Assembly: GCF_000143415.4 (NCBI RefSeq)
Contig: NW_003314619.1
Location: forward strand, 1-9,009
Source of the DNA: Selaginella moellendorffii
Lineage: Eukaryota > Plantae > Lycopodiophyta
DNA: 9,009 nt
Reading direction: 5' to 3'
Below are positions 5,902 to 9,009 of the stretch, one piece after another (position 1 is the first letter of the stretch; every line of letters starts with the position of its first letter). The notes under the pieces are model-generated. The model saw nothing but the letters and a program-made list of their open reading frames with translations. It did no database searches and was not told the DNA's origin. Made by a program: the position numbers and the translations under genes.

Positions 5902-8900
5902 CCCACTCTCAACCTTTCAAGTTGGAGCTTTTAGTTCAAACATGTTACGCTTATTTGGCTCTCGCTTTAACCACTACCATATGGCACCCTTTTAGCTCCA
6001 CTTTGGGGCTTAGGGATTTGTGTCTCACAACTCCACCACCTATAGATGAAGTTCGATGCCTTCATTGAACGATAAATTATTTTATAAAGTAATACTAGCA
6101 TGTATTACCCTTTCCATCCTTGGCACCTAGCCAATATTTGTCAATAGTTTGACACCGAAGGCTCATTATGTGTTGTCCATCCTCCAAGAAGCATGGTCTC
6201 TTTAACATAAAGACTCGATCGACCACCTGTGGTGGTTCTCTCCCTTTCATTGGTTTAGTTCTCGCTAAACTTGTTTGAGACTCTTCCTCTATCTCAATCC
6301 CACTACTTATTCTCGAGTAGTCTCAACTTCTATTGATATAACCATTCCACTTTGGAACTTTTGACAAAAATTCAACGGTCAAAAGGGAAACTTTGTTACA
6401 TCCGTGGACGTAATTTAATATGCCAACTATAAGAGCAAGAAATCTAAAAGATATCAATCAAATGAAGTACTTACATGGCTGCTTGTAAATAATCAAACAG
6501 AAGAGAAGGAAATGTTTTAAGAGAGACACCTAAGCTCAGGCTAAATACATATATATGGATTTACTATATATGACTATACATGAATTTAAAATAACTGAAA
6601 TAATAATAATTATGACTTTTTAAACTAAATTTCTTAAATAAACTTAAATATGGATTGTTGTGCACTCAACGTCAACACATTATCTATGCCGTTTCCCTTA
6701 CTGTCACCAATAGAGAATCCAGTCACCTACCAAAGGAAAACCAGAATCGTAAGACTCTCTTGGTATCAAAGTCTAGCTGAATCGCACCTGGAAAGCCTCC
6801 TTTACCACTAAATACTGGTGATCACATCTCTCTCGTACACTTTTTGGTATGCCTTACAGCTGCAATCTGCTCGATCATACCAAAATTGGAGCCGATAATA
6901 ACACTCGAGGCGTATATATCCATCGGATTAGACTTTTGATATGAGAGAGCTGATGAATTGTCCTTGTCCGAGAAAAATACGTATCCAAAGTTCGTTCGAG
7001 CATACTCTACAAAAAACATAAATTAAAAATAAACAAAAAATGTATAACGTATGGACTTACTTTCATCGCCAGGCTGCTCATTGTCCTTGATAGCAATCAG
7101 TCTTCGGACGTCACTCTTAACATTTCGAACGACTTCCGACCAATCCGCAATGGCTGGCTTAAGGGGGTCTCCAGAGCACTTGCTTTGGATGTACAAAAGA
7201 AATGGCTCCAAATCAATGCCTTTTACTTCCTCGAGTATCAGGAAGGTATCAGCCCCGCTGTTCCGAGGTCCACACATGGCCCAAGTCCCTGACCTTTGAA
7301 CCTCCTCCTTTGAGCCTGGACTACTGTGTTTGATCCGAAACCAAAAAACTAAAAACAAGAACATACCTGGACTCAGTTGCTTGATTGAAACTGGAAAAGT
7401 GGGGAACCTGAACTTTCGGTTCTTCAGATTGTCAGGGATGTACCAATCGCAAGGCAACACGTCCGCCAGCATGAAGGTGTCTGAACCCCCCGATAGTAAC
7501 TGCAAATAACATGTTAGTAACCGAGACTATGAAAGACTATGAACGTAGAATTCACATACCTTATGAATGTAGATGCTGAAGATCAGAGACACCAAATCGT
7601 TGTCTTCCTTCTGCTTCCAATCATCCGTTGACATTGTTGTCAAATCAAAAGTTGTAGAGCCAAAAAAGTCCTCCCGCTGGAGTGTTAGCTTATGCAGTAA
7701 CACAGGTGAAAACTCCACCAGAGCCTTTTCTTCGTCAAGAACCACAGCCACTACTCCACAACTCTCCAGAGCTTCCCATGTCAAAACATTCTCTCTTGGA
7801 AAGGCCTGCAGCAGAACCGGTCCATTCCTTGAGACATGCTCACGAAGCATCGATGCTTGAATTGCTCGTAAGAAATAAGAAAATCTCTCATCCCCGGCAA
7901 AGCCATTGTAATACTCGAATCTTCTGCATAGGCTCCACACACGATCCAGAATCCGCCTTACTTTGTCTCTCAGGAAGGGCTCCTGAATTCTCAGCGCAAG
8001 GTTGTCAATGTCAAGGGCCATGTCTGGGTCATCTGAAGCCAAAGCCTGAACCATGAAGGTAATCAACCTCGGATTCCCTCCGCTCAGCTTGCACAACAGC
8101 TGCATGCCATCATTTAAAGCGTGAAGTTCTTCACGGTTTGAAGTCCTCAGCACCTTGTTAAAGACTTGCAACACCAGCTTCTCCCGATCGCTGCTGCTGA
8201 GAGGGTTGACAGGAATATAAATCACTTCAGATGATCCAGTGTCACCGCTCTCTCTCAAAGATGCCGCTGTGAAAAGGTTGGTCGCTCCGAGCATAGTGAC
8301 AAACGTTTTGCCACCCACGTTGCTGTACTTCCAAACTATGAACTCCCGAAACACTTTCTGAACAAGGACGTTGTTCCTCCCAATCTCATCAAAGAAGAAC
8401 GACAGGAAAATGTTTTGGTCTCCGAGCTCGCAGACTTCTCGCAACAAAGCTATCACGTCATCAAACAGGAGGAACTTCTTCAAATCAGGTGCTTTGGCAT
8501 CAACAACAGCGACAAGCTCTTGGTAAAAAAAACACGTCCAAGTCCCAGTATCTTTTCTGATGTTATCTTGGCCATCTGCTCTAGAAACAGCTGCATGCAA
8601 AGTCCTCAGGGCCAAAACCTGAGCATCACCCAGCCCGGCCTCGCCAATGAAAGTTGAAATAAAATCATGGTACATGACCACGTCGAGATGTTCAACGGTG
8701 CTCATCATGGCATCCCACGGTCGCACCTCATCGATTGATGTATCGAAAAGCGAGGCAAGTTGTTGAATCCTTAGCCCTGGATCACTCTGTTGCCTTCTCA
8801 TCTCAATGAGTATTTGTGGGAGTGCCTTGCCAAATGATGTTTTTCCCGCACCCGGGAATCCAACCACACCCATTATATGGTGGAGGCACCTAAACACATC

Positions 8901-8939
8901 CCAGTCTGTGTGTTGATTGCTCATGAATTGCTTGTACAA
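5902..8939 (-). repeat. Right arm of a large inverted repeat (partner 1-3037; likely extends past 8939)
   Basis: Reverse-complement match to 1-3037. I found 7 transitions and one 1-bp indel by eye. Confidence 0.98.
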
Positions 8940-9009
8940 CAGCCAGTTACCCCTGAGCAATGCATCCACAGTCTTCTCTCGTCCAACAATGGGAAACTGC
9001 TGCCCGATG
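6822..9009 (-). CDS. 5'-partial spliced gene, apparently intact copy: STAND-like NTPase + REase-fold domain (Crinkler/RHS-type). Exons >9009-7560, 7499-7367, 7315-7061, 7006-6822
   Basis: The frame is open to the window edge (IGQQFPIVGREKTVDALL..., with the hhGRE motif that typically precedes Walker A in STAND/AAA-type NTPases). Same motifs as the left copy. After splicing it reads without interruption ...SGDPLKPAIADW...PGDE-K-YARTNFGYVFFSDK... to the TGA ending at 6822. Confidence 0.8.

Noticed and set aside
6950-6980. Second hammerhead at CTGATGA (6950)
   Set aside because: No stem II or correctly placed GAAA/stem III; it is the antisense of a coding exon.

Overview
This is eukaryotic, plant-like genomic DNA (short GT-AG introns, CCCTAAA telomere-type repeats) organised as a large quasi-palindrome. 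Two ~3.04-kb inverted arms (1-3037 and 5902-8939, probably continuing beyond the window) each carry the 3' part of a spliced STAND-like P-loop NTPase fused to a restriction-endonuclease-fold domain (Crinkler/RHS-type architecture), and the two copies are transcribed convergently. The unique 2.86-kb spacer holds, on the + strand, a minimal type I hammerhead ribozyme (3174-3231), an array of C-strand telomeric repeats (3391-3535) and a decayed Penelope-like reverse transcriptase with no endonuclease domain (~3626-5394). Together these form a telomere-associated, endonuclease-deficient Penelope-like element (PLE) at the centre of an inverted gene duplication. The combination fits a spike moss (Selaginella-type) genome, but that is inference only.
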